64,000 nucleotides of DNA from Octopus vulgaris (taxonomy: Eukaryota). Made by a program: the position numbers and the translations under genes. Positions within the stretch are counted from its first letter, which is position 1. Every line of letters begins with the position of its first letter. Location of the stretch: the NCBI GenBank assembly GCA_951406725.2, contig OX597827.1, positions 54,498,001 to 54,562,000 on the forward strand, read 5' to 3'. Below the pieces are notes generated by a model. That model was not told where the DNA came from. It saw only the letters and a program-made list of their open reading frames with translations, and searched no databases. Positions 1 to 13,523 of this stretch are shown piece after piece.

Positions 1-53
1 TCTCTTCTCTCTTTCTCTCTTTCTTTTCTCTCTTTTTCTCTCTCTCCCCTCTT

Positions 54-122
<69 letters not shown>

Positions 123-131
123 TACACACAC
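1..131. repeat. (CT)n/(CA)n microsatellite
   Basis: Directly visible dinucleotide runs. Confidence 0.95.
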
Positions 132-528
132 AAACATATGCATGTGCTGACATGTTGGGGCAAGTCTTTCCTTCGATTCATTTCAACCATTACAGAAAGA
201 CTCTATCTAGAGAACACTGATAAAGTGTTACCCCAAAAGGAACCATATGATTTTCAATCTAAAATATCGAACATTTGTGTTGATCTTACAATGTAAATCT
301 TTCAGTGATTTTTATCTCATAAAATGTTCGATAACTTGAGCTTACTCAAGATTTTTGAATCCAGAAAATATTGCTTGTAGCATATCAAGGCCTATTATTT
401 CACTGAATGTAATATCAGAACAGCATCATAAGCAGATCAATAAGAAATGGAGGGAGTTTACATCTTAGGAAGCACTAACAGTATTAGAGAAGAATCTAGA
501 AAAGTTTTGTTACATTTCACAAGAAATA

Positions 529-699
529 GGCGTAGGAGTGGCTGTGTGGTAAGTAGCTCACTTATGAGCCGCATGGTTCCGGGTTCAGTCCCACTGCGTG
601 GTACCTTGGGCAAGTGTCTTCTACTATAGCCTCGGGCCGACCAAAGCCGTGTGAGTGGATTTGGTAGTTGAAACCTGAAAGAAGCCAGTCGTATATATG

Positions 700-771
<72 letters not shown>

Positions 772-993
772 TGTGTATATGTTTGTGTGTTTGTGTTTGT
801 CCCACCCCACAACATCGCTTGACAGCCAATGCTGGTGTGTTTATGTCCCCCATAACTTAGCAGTTAGGCAAAAGAGACCGATAGAATAAGTACTAAGCTT
901 CCAAAGAATAAGTCCCGGGGTCGATTTGCTCAACTAAAGGCAGTGCTCCAGCATGGCCACAGTCAAATGACTGAAACTAGTAAAAGAGTAAGA
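529..993 (+). mobile_element. tRNA-headed CORE-type SINE with internal TA/TG microsatellite (family A, octopus-type)
   Basis: Head ggcgtaggagtggctgtgtggtaag...ggttcagtccc has pol III A/B-box-like motifs. CORE-like accttgggcaagt, internal microsatellite and (gtaaaaga)n tail. Many copies in the window. Confidence 0.85.
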
Positions 994-1957
994 AAAATGC
1001 AGAAACAAATATTGTTATTCTTAACAATGTAATCTAATGATAAATTTATTTTCTTTAACTTGCTGCCAATAAAATAATATATTTTCTTGCTGCCAATAAA
1101 ATAATATATTTTCTGCTCTGAATAAGTAATAAAAAGTCATTGTTTACTATATCAAGGCCTATTATTTCACTGAATGTAATATCAGAACAGCATCATAAGC
1201 AGATCAATAAGAAATGGAGGGAGTTTACATTTTAGGAAGCACTAACAGTATTAGAGAAGAATCTAGAAAAGTTTTGTTACATTTCACAAGAAATAGGCGT
1301 AGGAGTGGCTGTGTGGTAAGTAGCTCACTTATGAGCCACATGGTTCCGGGTTCAGTTCCACTGTGTGATACCTTGGGCAAATGTCTTCTACAATAGCCTC
1401 GGGCCGACCAAAGCCATGTGAGTGGATTTGGTAGATGAAACCTGAAAGAAGCCAGTCGTATATATCTCTTATTATAAAAGGCAGATTTTATCTGCCTCCC
1501 TTTGGGAGTTATACAAATCTACAATATAGGATTTCTTCAATTACAATTTACCTAGCATTTTTAAGAGTACAATGCATCACGTCATGCCAGGTCCAGTTTT
1601 TAAAATTTAAACTCCAATTAAGCAAAATTTACAGAAAACTCACATTCTGGTGTGTGTGTCAAATGCTTTTCTTAGTCTGGTTTACACCACACGCAAACAC
1701 ACACACACAGTGTGCAACGAATAAAATGAAAGTAAATAGCGACAGAGTGATTTGAGGAAGACTAAACTGAAAGTATTCTGTCTATGACGCTGATAGATAC
1801 ATGAGTAAAATGTATGGGAAGCTAAGAGCTAAGAGTGAGTGAAAATGTTCTTGGAAGAGAGTAAATAGCGAGAGAGAGAGAGTGATTTGAGGAAGACTTT
1901 ACATTAAATAACCGTAGTGGCTTGTGTTAGTAATAAAGTAAACATACACTCATACAT

Positions 1958-1988
<31 letters not shown>

Positions 1989-2308
1989 TACACACACACA
2001 TACACACACACATACATACACACACACATACATACACACACATACACACATACATACATACATACATATACATACATACATACATATACATACATACATA
2101 CACACACACACATACACACACACACAGTATTGAAGCTTGAGAACAATCAGATACATTTGCAACACATCTGTTGAAAATATTATTGTTCACACACATACAA
2201 ATACATATATACATACAGACAGACAGACAGATAGACACACACACACACATGATCCAGCATGGCCACAACCTCAAGGCTGAAACATATAAAAGAATAACAG
2301 AATATAAA

Positions 2309-2667
2309 TGTGTGCAAAGTACAAGAAATATTAATGCAGTATATGGGGATTGGACAATAAGCGTAAGGCAGTGTCAATGGTGGTTCCAGAAATCCCGAGC
2401 CATAAACTACAGCCTAGAAGACGAGCCTCATCCTGAAAGATCTGTAGAACTCGACAAGGACATCCTGAAAACCCTGGTGGAACAAAATCTCATCGTAACT
2501 GTTGAGGAACTAGCAGAGAAGCTTGGATTTGGTCATTCAACCATTCATTGAGACCTGTGTGCTATCGGAAAAGTCAGCAAATTGGGTCAATGGGTTCCTC
2601 ACGAACTTTCCGAGTCTAATTGCATGCAGAGAGTGAATGTATGCTTTTCTTTGCTGTCACATCTCAC
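2309..2667 (+). pseudogene. mariner transposase N-terminal fragment (HTH region to WVPHEL)
   Basis: Translates as RNINAVYGDWTISVRQCQWWFQK...LEDEPH...TVEELAEKLGFGHSTIH*DLCAIGKVSKLGQWVPHELSE. Confidence 0.9.
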
Positions 2668-2686
2668 CACTACTGCGCTATGTATA

Positions 2687-3323
2687 TCTATATATATAAA
2701 ACTGTAGTTGTGTGAGTGTCTGTCCCCTTCCATTTAGATTCCTAACTACTCCCACATTTTGCGGTGCAGTTTAACCAAATTCGGGTAGCTTATAGTCGTG
2801 ATTCATATCGAGCCCGTCTGAATACTAGCGCGCGTCTACAATGACTCTACGATTTTAAAAATAATTTAACATCATTTTTTATTCCATTTTAATGCATAAT
2901 TTTTCGTGTGTCGATGGCGGCGGAGTTGGCGTCCATGCTCACACCTGCACCTGTGGGGAAGGGAGTGTAAGGAAATCAACGTCGTAATGCGTTGTCAAGG
3001 AGACCAGTGTTCTTTTAGAACAACGACTTCATGGCTTGAAGACACCAAAACAGAAATGGCTAAGAAAGCGTCTACATGAGTCTACGATTTAAAAAAAAAT
3101 TTACCATCGTTTTTTTTCCATTTTAATGCATTTTTTCGCTATTATATAAGGGAAGTAACTCTCTAAAAATGTCTACGATGAGTCAACGATTTAAAAAAAA
3201 ATTTACCATCATATTTTTTCCATTTTTAATGCATTTTTTGCTATTTTTTGGCTATAACTCTCTAAAAATGCTTATATAGTTATTTCCCTTACAAACCCGA
3301 GCAACGCCGGGCGATACTGCTAG
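2687..3323 (+). mobile_element. Non-autonomous Helitron (family supplying the 3' end of the composite element)
   Basis: A|TCTATATATATAAAA 5' end, subterminal hairpin cccg..cggg and CTAG|T 3' end. Internal ~60-bp repeats (tctacgatttt...ccattttaatgca). Confidence 0.8.
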
Positions 3324-3325
3324 TG

Positions 3326-3426
<101 letters not shown>

Positions 3427-3949
3427 TTGTGTGTTTATGTCCCCCGTAACTCAGCAGTTAGGCAAATGAGACCAATAGAATAAGTACTAAGCTTCCAAAG
3501 AATAAGTCCCGGGGTCAATTTGCTCGACTAAAGGCAGTGCTCCAGCATGGCCACAGTCAAATGACTGAAACAAGTAAAAGAGTAAGAAAAATGCAGAAAC
3601 AAATATTGTTATTTTTAACAATGTAATCTAATGATAAATCTGTTTTCATTAACTTGCTCTTGTGCTGCCAATAAAATAATATATTTTCTGCTCTGAATAA
3701 GTAATAAAAAGTCATTGTTTACTAAAAACTTCAAATACTGGTGCACTTTTTGTACACAAAAGGACTAATGGCAAACAATTATGAGGAATCCTTTTGAAGT
3801 CTACGATGGGAAACCCATCTGAAAAGAAAAGAATTTGAAAAATGTTTGATGAATTTTTTGGTATTAACATGGTTTTCTTGATTTGGCATATTTTTTTTTA
3901 TCTCAACACTGTCACTGACATGTCATATCTAATATCTAACTTTTCTTTA

Positions 3950-4334
3950 TCTATATATAAAGCTGAAATTGTCTGTGTGTGGCAGGTTTGGTAGCCTTCA
4001 ACTAACACTATCTCCTCCGAGACCCTGCGGCACAAGTTGACCAAAATTGAGAGTATGATAGAAGGCTTGCTCTACTTTCCATAGAAGATAAAATTCAAAT
4101 CGGATCATGTTAACACCAAAAATTATTTACATCAAAAAAGTGCTTTTTTTCTATGAAAATCCCTATTTTTTACAATTTTTTGTCTGCTGTATCACCATTT
4201 TTCAGTGTATATCAACCAGAAAAATGTTCACTTAAAAAAAATAACAAACTACATAATGCAAAATTTTTACTTTTCAAAAATTCCAATTCTAAAGGATCAA
4301 AACAAACCCGAGCAACGCCGGGCGATACTGCTAG
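3950..4334 (+). mobile_element. Non-autonomous Helitron
   Basis: A|TCTATATATAAAG 5' end. Its 3' end aaacccgagcaacgccgggcgatactgCTAG|T is identical to that of the copy ending at 3323. Confidence 0.8.
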
Positions 4335-4944
4335 TAACTTTATGCAGGCATAGCTGTGTGATAAGAAGTTTACTTCTCAGTCACTTGGTTGTAGGTTCAG
4401 TAAGTGTTACTTCCCATTTACTTCTATCTAGAAATCAGATGTAAAAACTACTTTTCCCTTTAAACTTTGCTTTTGTAACCTGAGTATCAAGGTTTTGAAA
4501 CTGATCTATTTTCCATTACATTTCAGACAAATTCAGTACAGAGTTGCTGAAGCAGAAATATCATTATAGGAGATATTCTGCTCAATACCACAGATCTGCT
4601 TCTCACTTGCTTGACCATAACCACTTGAGCAAGTCCCTTAGTGGCTGAGAATATTTGCATCTCTGATCACAAGCAGGAGTAGTGGGGGATTATCATAGCC
4701 ATGTGTTGAGAGGGATTCTTTGGGATTTGAATAAATGTAACAAAAGCAAAGTGTGAAGGAAATATTAGCTGTTTTTCATGCTTTCTAGGGTAAGCAATAG
4801 GAAATAACAGTTGCTACCCAGGGACAAAAATGCAGGAGTGGCTGTGTGGTTAAGGAGTTTGCTTCTGGAACACAAAGTCTTGTGAGTGGATTTAGTAGAC
4901 AGACAATGAAAGAAGTCTATCCTATGGAAGAGTGGACATAAAAA

Positions 4945-5535
4945 CAATGGTGGAAGAGGTAGTGATGATGATGAAGAGGAGGACAATGGCAGTAACAATA
5001 ATGGCAGCAACAATGATGATGGTAGTGATGAGTAGTGATAATAACAGTGGTGATGGTGATCTGCTGCTGTTGCTGCTGCTGCTGGTGATGATGATGATGA
5101 TAATGATGATAATGATTTTGATGATCATGTTCATGATGATAATGAAGATGACGATGATAACAATGATGATTGTGATGAATAGTGATGTGTTGATGATGAT
5201 GATGATGAGGAGGAGGAGGAGGGAGAAGAGGAGGAGGACTACAACAACTATGATGATGGCAGCAACAATGTTGATGATTGTGATGAGTGGTGATAACGGT
5301 GATGGTGCTGGTGATGTGTTGACATGACGATGATAATGACAATAATGAGATGATGACGGCAGTGGTGGTGGTGATGATGATTATAGCGATGGTGATGTGT
5401 CGATGAAGATGATGATGCCAATGATGGTGATGATGGTGAAGACAATACTGACAGCAGCAACAATGGTGGTAGTAGTAGCAGTGATGGTTGTGCTGGTGGA
5501 GCTGGTAACGAGGATTATGGTGATGACGATGAGAT
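4945..5535. repeat. Degenerate (GAT/GGT)n trinucleotide array
   Basis: Visible repeat; source of the poly-H/poly-M pseudo-ORFs. Confidence 0.9.
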
Positions 5536-6196
5536 GGAAACATTTAGAATTCCATACTTGTACAAACTAAAATTTATCACTTGAAATACAAATGTCTCAC
5601 ATTCATTTATCATTTATTATGTCTTGAATTAAAACTTGCATTCAAACAAATTGCAATATTCTCCCTCTAGAAAACATAAGAAATAATTAATTTATTAGTT
5701 TCTTGCTGAAGGAAATTGTTGTCGATTGATTAATTGTATCATTTGAAGGTAATTTTCTGTGGTAATTTTCTGCTGCTTCAAACCAACATTTTATCACATG
5801 AAAGAATAAACAACCACAAGGAATGGAGTACAATAATTGTATAAGTTCAGGCATGGGTGTGTGGTAAGAAGATTGCTTCCCAACTACATGGTTCTGAGTT
5901 CAATCTCACTGTGTGTCTCCAGTTATAGCCTCAGGTGAACTAAAGCTGTGTGAGTGGATTTATTAGAAAGAAACTGAAAGAAGCTTGTCGTATATATATA
6001 TATATATATATATATATTTAGGTTTAGCTCACAGATGATCTAAATGAATAGGTACGCTAGGTAAGTGCTGTAACAGATTACTAAGGCTCCAAGGTCATAG
6101 TCAAGATGATAGTTATGGTGCCATTGCAGATTTCCAATATAGTGGATATATTTAACAATTATATATATATGTATATATATATACATATATATATAT

Positions 6197-6293
<97 letters not shown>

Positions 6294-7287
6294 TGTTACG
6301 GACCACCTGCCGTCGCTCCAACTCCTCAAGAAACCCGGGACCCTATCAAGTCAAGCGATGACAATTCACCGGCCCGATCGATCGGTGAACTCGCCACGGA
6401 CTCAGAGAGAGAGAGAATTCGGTGGGGGGGGGGAAGGCGGCAGCGAACACGGCAAGACCAGCGACCGGAGAGAACAACAACAACAACAAACAACAGCAGG
6501 AAGAGACACAAAGAGAGACGACGGAAGGCAATTGGCTACATTTAACAACAGTTTATACAATTATTACAACATCAAATAAATCAAAGATACATCAGGTATA
6601 CATTAAAGAAAACAACAAATCAAATTAAAGCATGCAGATACAATATACAGTTCAGAGACAACTCAGTTCTACATTAACGATACAGTTCAATATTCAAATC
6701 ACATTAAAGTCTTTCTCTTTCTTTAACACGTATCAACAACTCTGTAACACAATTCACAATGTTCTTTATAATCTCATTTCTTTTTCTCTTTAGCGCTGTT
6801 CTTTCTTTTTCCTCTTTCCTTCTTTCTCTTTTTTTTTTTAACACATCAAAATACAACAACCAAAAGACACAAACAAAACTTTACCAAACGTTCTTTCCCC
6901 TCTGCAACAATTTCAGAAACTACTACCGTAATCGCCATGCCCTCTCACCGTAATCTTTCTCAGTTCCTTCTCAGCTCCTTAATTTTCTCTGCCTGTCTTC
7001 CTCTTTCACGTTCACTGCCACCGCAGAAACAACCTGTTACTAACTCGCTCTGTCCTCAACTACCGACTGCCCTCGTATCAGTCCCGTCTCTGCTAGAGCT
7101 GCCGGCTGACTGTTTTTACAGGCTCACATCTCCTGCTTTTTAAAGGGGTGTTTCCTCGAACTTTCTTTCACCTGAAAAGGGTCGAAGGTCTCCCCAGAAC
7201 TCATCAATCCACCTGAATCTAACAGGACAAAGGATTTACTCACAAAAGTCGGTCGCAAGCACTGTCCCTGAATTGACCCCCATAACA
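6294..7287. mobile_element. Solo LTR (probably Gypsy-type) inserted in a TA microsatellite
   Basis: 994 bp, TGTTACGG...CCATAACA termini (7/8 inverted match, TG..CA), ATAT on both sides, CpG-richer than its flanks. Confidence 0.7.
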
Positions 7288-7504
7288 ATATATATATACA
7301 AAGAGAGAGAGAGACAGATAGACATACATACATACTTGTGTGTGTGTGGGTGTGTCTTTTATTTGTGTTTGTTTCACATACCTCATCACCGCTTGACAAC
7401 TGGTGTTGGTTTGTTTATGTCCCTCTAACTTAGCAATTTGGCAAAATGACCAAAAGGATATGTACTAGGCTTTAGAAAACAAAATAAGTACTGGGGTCAA
7501 TTCA

Positions 7505-7815
7505 GTGGTGGTGGTGGTGGTGGTGGTAGTGGTGGTGAAGACAATTATAATGATGGTAACAAAAATAATAACAACAATGATGATGATGATGGTGATGAAT
7601 GCTGATAATGATGATAGTGATGGTGATGGGTTGATGAGGATGATAATGACATGGAGATTGTGATGATGATGATGATGATGAGGAGGAGGAGGAGGAGGAG
7701 GACACAGATGATGATGACACTGATGATTGTGGTGATGATGATGGTGGTGGTGGTGGTGGTTTGTGGTGGTTTGTGGTGGTGGTGGTGGTGATGCTGATGG
7801 TGGTGATTTTGGTGG
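7505..7815. repeat. (GGT/GAT)n array inside a SINE family A 3' half
   Basis: Visible repeat. Confidence 0.85.
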
Positions 7816-8341
7816 TACTGTAGCACTGCTGCAGTCAAGTGACTGAAATATGAATAAGATGAAAAAAATTATATAATTTATACAGGTAATAAATAACATA
7901 ACTCCAATACCTTACTCTTATAATTTATCCTCTACCAAAGGAACTGAATTAATTGCATAAGAACTGCTACCCCTGAGATTAATTGTAATTAAGCAAAATC
8001 AAAAATATAAAAGTCTAGAAATGATGAAACCAATGCGGTTATTGGAAACTGAAACAATTACCATTTTATGGTGCCCTGGTGAAGTCAAGAAAAATTGAAA
8101 GCAAATACATAATGAAGACACCAGAATTTATACAGGTACAGGTGTGGCTGTATGGTAGGAAGTTTGCTGCTCAACCACATGGTTCTGGGTTCAGCCCTTC
8201 TACTATGGCCTTGAGACAACGAAAGCCTTGTGAGTGGATTTGGTAGACAGAAACTTAAAGACACCTGTTGAATAGATACATACATACATACATACATACA
8301 TACACACATATATATATATATACATACACACACACACACAC

Positions 8342-8394
<53 letters not shown>

Positions 8395-8590
8395 GTGGGG
8401 AGGGGTGTTTTGTGTCTGTGTTTGTCTCCTATCACTGCTTGACAACTGGTGTTGGTGTGTTTGTGTCCCAGTAACTTGGTGGTTCAGTAAAAGAGACCAT
8501 TACAAGGTATTAAGCTTTAAAAAGTCTTGGGGTCGATTGGAATATAAAAGTAATAACCAAACACAAATAATGCATGAAGTCTAGAGAGTA

Positions 8591-8995
8591 GACATAGGAG
8601 TGGCTGTGTGGTAAGTAGTTTGTTTACCAACCACATGGTTCTGGGTTCAGTCCCACTGCATGGTACCTTGGGCAAGTGTCTTCTACAATAGCCTTGTGAG
8701 TGGATTGGGTAGACGGAAACCGAAAGAAGCCCTTCGTATATATGTATATATATATATGTGTGTATGTGTGTGTATATGTTTGTGTGTCTGTGTTTGTCCC
8801 ACCCCCAACATCGCTTGACAACCGATGCTGATGTGTTTACGTCGCTGTAACTTAGCGGTTCAGCAAAAGAGACTGATAGAATAAGTACTAGACTTACAAA
8901 GAATAAGTCCTGCGGTCGATTTGCTCGACTAAAGGTGGTGCTCCAGCATGGCCACAGTCAAATGACTGAAACAAGTAAAAGAGTAAAAGAGTAAA
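8591..8995 (+). mobile_element. SINE family A, full-length copy
   Basis: Same head, body and tail as 529-993. Confidence 0.85.
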
Positions 8996-9254
8996 GACAG
9001 TAGTTGTGCTTGGTTGTACAGTGAAAACAAGAAATGAAAATAGCACTGCTTAAAAAAATGGTTTCAAATTTTGGCTCAAGGCCTGCAATTTTGAGGGGAA
9101 GGGACATTAACTATGTTTAACCCAGTGCTGTTGCATATTTGATTGACCCCTCCAAAAGAATTAAAGGCAAAGATGACCTTGGTAGCATTTGAACTCAGAA
9201 TGTGAAGCTAGAAGAAATACTGCTAAGCGTTTTGTCCAGTACGTTAACAATTCT

Positions 9255-9730
9255 TATCTCTTTATTGCCCACAAGGGGCTAAACATAGAGGGGACAAACA
9301 AGAACAGACAAAGGAATTAAGTCGATTACATCGACCCCAGTGTGTAACTGGTACTTAATTTATCGACCTTGAAAGGATGAAAGGCAAAGTCAACCTCGGC
9401 GAAATTTGAACTCAGAACATAATGGCAGACGAAATACCTATTTCTTTATTACCTACAAGGGGCTAAACATAGAGGGGACAAACAATGACAGACATAGGTA
9501 TTAAGTCGATTACATCGACCCCAGTGCGTAACTGGTGCTTAATTTATCGACCCCGAAAGGATGAAAGGCAAAGTCGACCTCAGCGGAATTTGAACTCAGA
9601 ACGTAGTGGCAGGCAAAATACCGCTAAGCATTTCGCCCGGTATGCTAACGTTTCTGCCAGCTCGCCGCTTTCTGGCAGATGAAATACCACTAAACATATC
9701 GCCTGGCATGCCAACAATTCTGCCAGCTCG
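9255..9730 (-). mobile_element. Tandem/nested tRNA-derived SINEs (family B, Meta-domain-like)
   Basis: Minus strand reads gcggcgagctggcagaaacgttagc...gcctttcatcctttcggggtcgataaattaagtaccag...aataaaga. Two bodies plus extra heads. Confidence 0.8.
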
Positions 9731-9988
9731 TATGTTAACAATTCTACCAAGCCCACCACCTTCATTCAGTACTGCAATAATAAAAATTGTCTCCAGCTTA
9801 GAAACAAGGCCAGAAATTTTAGGGAGAGGGGTTAGTTGATTAAATTGACACCAGTACTAGACTGATACTTAATTTTATTGACCTCAGAGAAATGAAAACC
9901 GAATTTAGCCTCAGCAGGATTTGAATTCAGAATGTTGAGAGCCAGAAGAAATATTGTAAGCTATTTTTTCGCCCAATATTCTAACAAC

Positions 9989-10369
9989 AGGCATGGCTCT
10001 GTGGTAAGAACTTTGCTTCACAACCACATGGTTCCAGGTTCAGTCCTGCTGCATGGTACCTTGGACAAATGTCTTCTACTATAGCCTTGGGCCACCCAAA
10101 GCCTTGTGAGTGGATTTGGAAGACAGAAACTGAAAGGAGACCGACATATGTATGTGTGTGTGTGTTGTCCCCCACTACTGTTTGATGACTGGTGTTGGTT
10201 TGCTTGCATCCCTGTAACTTAGCAGCTCAGCAAAAGATACTGTTAGAATAAGTACCAGGTTTGAAAAGAAAATAAGTACTGGGGTCAATTAGTTCAATTA
10301 AATTTCCCTGAGGCAGTACTCCCAGCATGGCCGCAGTCTAATAACTGAAACAAATAAAAGATAAAAGAT
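9989..10369 (+). mobile_element. SINE family A copy
   Basis: Homologous to 529-993, with an (aaaagat)n tail. Confidence 0.8.
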
Positions 10370-10879
10370 ACTAGCTACCTTGTTTCTTATACAGACACAT
10401 GGCTTGAAATTTAGGGAAAAAAAGTTAGTCAATTATATTGAACTCAGTAATTGACTGGTACTTTATTTCAACCAACTTTAGACTGACTACAATAATAGAT
10501 GATGAGAAAATAGGAAAAGTAAAATAAAAGTAGACAAGAAAGATAACTGGAAAAAAATATTCATGCAGAAACTGATTTTAAGTCTTTTGTTGGCATATTT
10601 CTGTTGAAATACACTGCTTTGGTTTCAATTAATTTTGAAAATAATATTGTCATTATTAGACTGCTATCTGAGACAAATTAAGATGAAATTTTGATGGCTG
10701 ATTTTAATTTAGATAATTTTTAAACATGAGATTTAAATCATGGAACAAGAGGCAGTCTTGGGTGGGTTGGTATGAAAGGAGTTTAAGTGGTTTATTCGTT
10801 AAAATATTATACAACATTGGCCCTGATGTTGGCTCAAGGGAAACAAAATGAAATGACTATGAAGACTAAAATATTTCTT

Positions 10880-11100
10880 ATTTCTTTATTGCCCACAAGA
10901 GGCTAAACATAGAGGGGACAAACAAAGGGATTAAATCGATTGCATTGACCCCACTGCGTAACTGGTACTTAATTTATCGACCCCAAAAAGACGAAAGGTA
11001 AAGTCAACCTCGGTGGAATTTGAACTCAGAACGTAACGGCAGACGAAATACTGCTAAGCATTTCGCCCGGCATGCTGACGTTTCTGCCAGCTTGCCGCCT
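10880..11100 (-). mobile_element. SINE family B with 13-bp TSD
   Basis: taaaatatttctt at 10867-10879 and 11101-11113. Confidence 0.85.
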
Positions 11101-12383
11101 TAAAATATTTCTTTACAGTGATATTTTCTATAGCATTATCTTTCTATCTGTCTGTCTGTCTAAATATTTATCTGTCTATCATCTGATATTTCAATATGTT
11201 TAACCTTCTTAGCTGTAGTGAAGATGCTTTTCCAGGGCTAAAACTCAATATGAATATATCCACCACATTATGAAGCCAAACTTGCACTACTCCTGCCAGA
11301 TGCCTTCCTATGTATGCCTAGCTCCAACTTTCCTTTCTCTACATCTACAAACACACTGTCATCCTCACATCTTGAGAATTTCCCAATATACCTTTCTATG
11401 TAGTGCTATGAAAACATACACATTCTATGCAATCTAGGATATCTTCACAGCACTTATCTAAATAACAGAGGCAATCTTTATGCCAAGTCTCCTGCCATGT
11501 CCTTCCTTCTAATCAGTAACTAAAACCTTCCATTCCACCTCGCCCCATATATTGATGATACCATCAAACAAGAAGTGGGATTTGCCAGAATTCTGAATGA
11601 GAAATAATACAGAGTAGCAGCTACTTGTTCACTATTTAGTCCTCTCACAAGGACCAAACTTTCTAGTGTTGTTGAAATAATTAATTGCACCAAATACATT
11701 TTGTAAGGGGATCCTGATAGGAAGAACAGTCATAGAAAACATTCCAGAATGGACTATATGAGTGAGTATGGATTCCACAAGTATGTTTTGTTCTACAACC
11801 ATAAAATGCAACTATTCAAAAGGAATGTTAATTCCATTGATCTCATCAATCTCCAAAGACCAGCAGAGATCATGGACACAGCCCAATCTTCTAGACCAGT
11901 CATGAGCAAACTGTGACCCTGCAGGACTTTCTGAATGGCACACCAGTGAAAAATTATCTTGAATTTTGTTATAGTGTAACCTTCCTGATAATGATCCATG
12001 TCTCATGCAGTTTGTTTCTTAAAAATGAGTTGCTTATGTCTGTTCGAGACATGAGATTTAAATCATGAAACTAGGGGCAGTCTTGAGCGGGTTGGTATGA
12101 AAGGAGTTTAAGTGGTTTATTAGTTAAAATATTATACAACATTGGCCCTGATGTTGGCTCAATGGGAAACAAACTAAAATGACTAAGGAGACTAATAAAA
12201 ATATAAAAATAATAAAAATATAAAAATCTGTTCCAGTGGACAAGTGAATTTGCTGTTGATTGACCTTTTCGGAGAATATATTGAGGAGTCCAACAAATCT
12301 CCTACCAAACATGTTATGTATTGTGTCATATGGTTTACAAATCACTGAATGTTTTGCAAAACAGTTTTACTCAATACATTTAA

Positions 12384-12585
12384 CCCTTTAGCATTTAAGC
12401 CGATCATATCAGGCCCAAATATTCTACTTGTTTTATATTCAAACTGGCCAGATTCCCCCTACACAATATCATTTTAAAAATGGACAATCACATCATCTTG
12501 AAGCTACAAGATAATACATGATTAATTCAAAACGATGTGAATCAATAAGCATTACATTTAACAGAATAATCTGAAAGCTAAAGGG
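12384..12585. mobile_element. piggyBac-like MITE
   Basis: TTAA|CCCTTTAGC...GCTAAAGGG|TTAA. Second copy at ~18266-18448. Confidence 0.8.
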
Positions 12586-13379
12586 TTAATCTTCAAGCAA
12601 ATATTCCTCCAAACACATCAAATACATTGCCAAACATTTCACAGAACAGATAAAGCCTTTCTTATCAGTTTCTCTATATGTATTCAAAATACTGTCAATA
12701 GTTTCATTGAACACATTAACGTTGCAGTTATTAACCTTTACTTTGAAAAAGTAAAACTATATTATCAATTGTACTCAGCCATTGTTTACAGATTTTGTTG
12801 AATAATTCAAAAGTCCAATAATTATTTTCTCTGAATTCCTTTTATAACTAAATTCTTTCATCAAAAAAGAGAGATTGCCTTTTGTGTCAACTATTTTAAT
12901 CAGGAGTTATTTTTTATTTACTCATTAATTTATTATTATTATCATTATTTTAAAATAAAAAATAAAATAAAAAATAAATTACCATCATTATCATGATCAT
13001 TATCATTGTTATTATTATTATTATTATTATTATCATCATCATTGTTGATGTAGTTGTTTTTGTTGTTGATTCCTGCCAATGAAACTGCACTGAACTCTCC
13101 GGTCCTTTAGTATTTGTATATTGATTTTATGCCTTAAATAATGAAATAAAAACCTTATTACAATTACAGCTACTAGCAAAATGGTAAACACACAGAATAA
13201 AAGATCGCTTAGAAAGCAAAAACAGTGACAATACCAAGATACAAAGTGAAATTACTGCTAATTAGCTCGTTACTGATTGGAATATATATTTCAGAAAAAT
13301 AAAGGTCTCTAGAGATAAATACTCTATAAAGGTAAATGCTCTCCTTGTACAAGACTGTCAATATATGTAATATAAATAT

Positions 13380-13450
<71 letters not shown>

Positions 13451-13480
13451 TATGTATACATATATATGTATACATATATA

Positions 13481-13523
<43 letters not shown>

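Larger units (their letters stand above)
1465..3323 (+). mobile_element. Composite non-autonomous Helitron (5' TC ... hairpin-CTAG 3') inserted between A and T
   Basis: Starts TCTCTTATTATAAAAGG and ends cccgagcaacgccggg-cgatactg-CTAG. The duplicate copy shows the empty site gtcgtatata|tgtatata with no TSD. Confidence 0.8.

Noticed and set aside
447-629. Recurrent peptides such as YQIHSQG/AIVEDTCPR in many ORFs, suggesting a gene family
   Set aside because: They are translations of SINE family A.
4917-5543. Poly-His/poly-Met ORFs, superficially reflectin- or His-rich-protein-like; also 7465-7899 and 36532-37014
   Set aside because: Trinucleotide arrays with no conserved motif and no splice context.
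11180-12000. Possible host exons or LINE remnant (also 20266-20457, 23380-23650, 31025-31207)
   Set aside because: No recognisable protein similarity and no convincing splice-site pairs.
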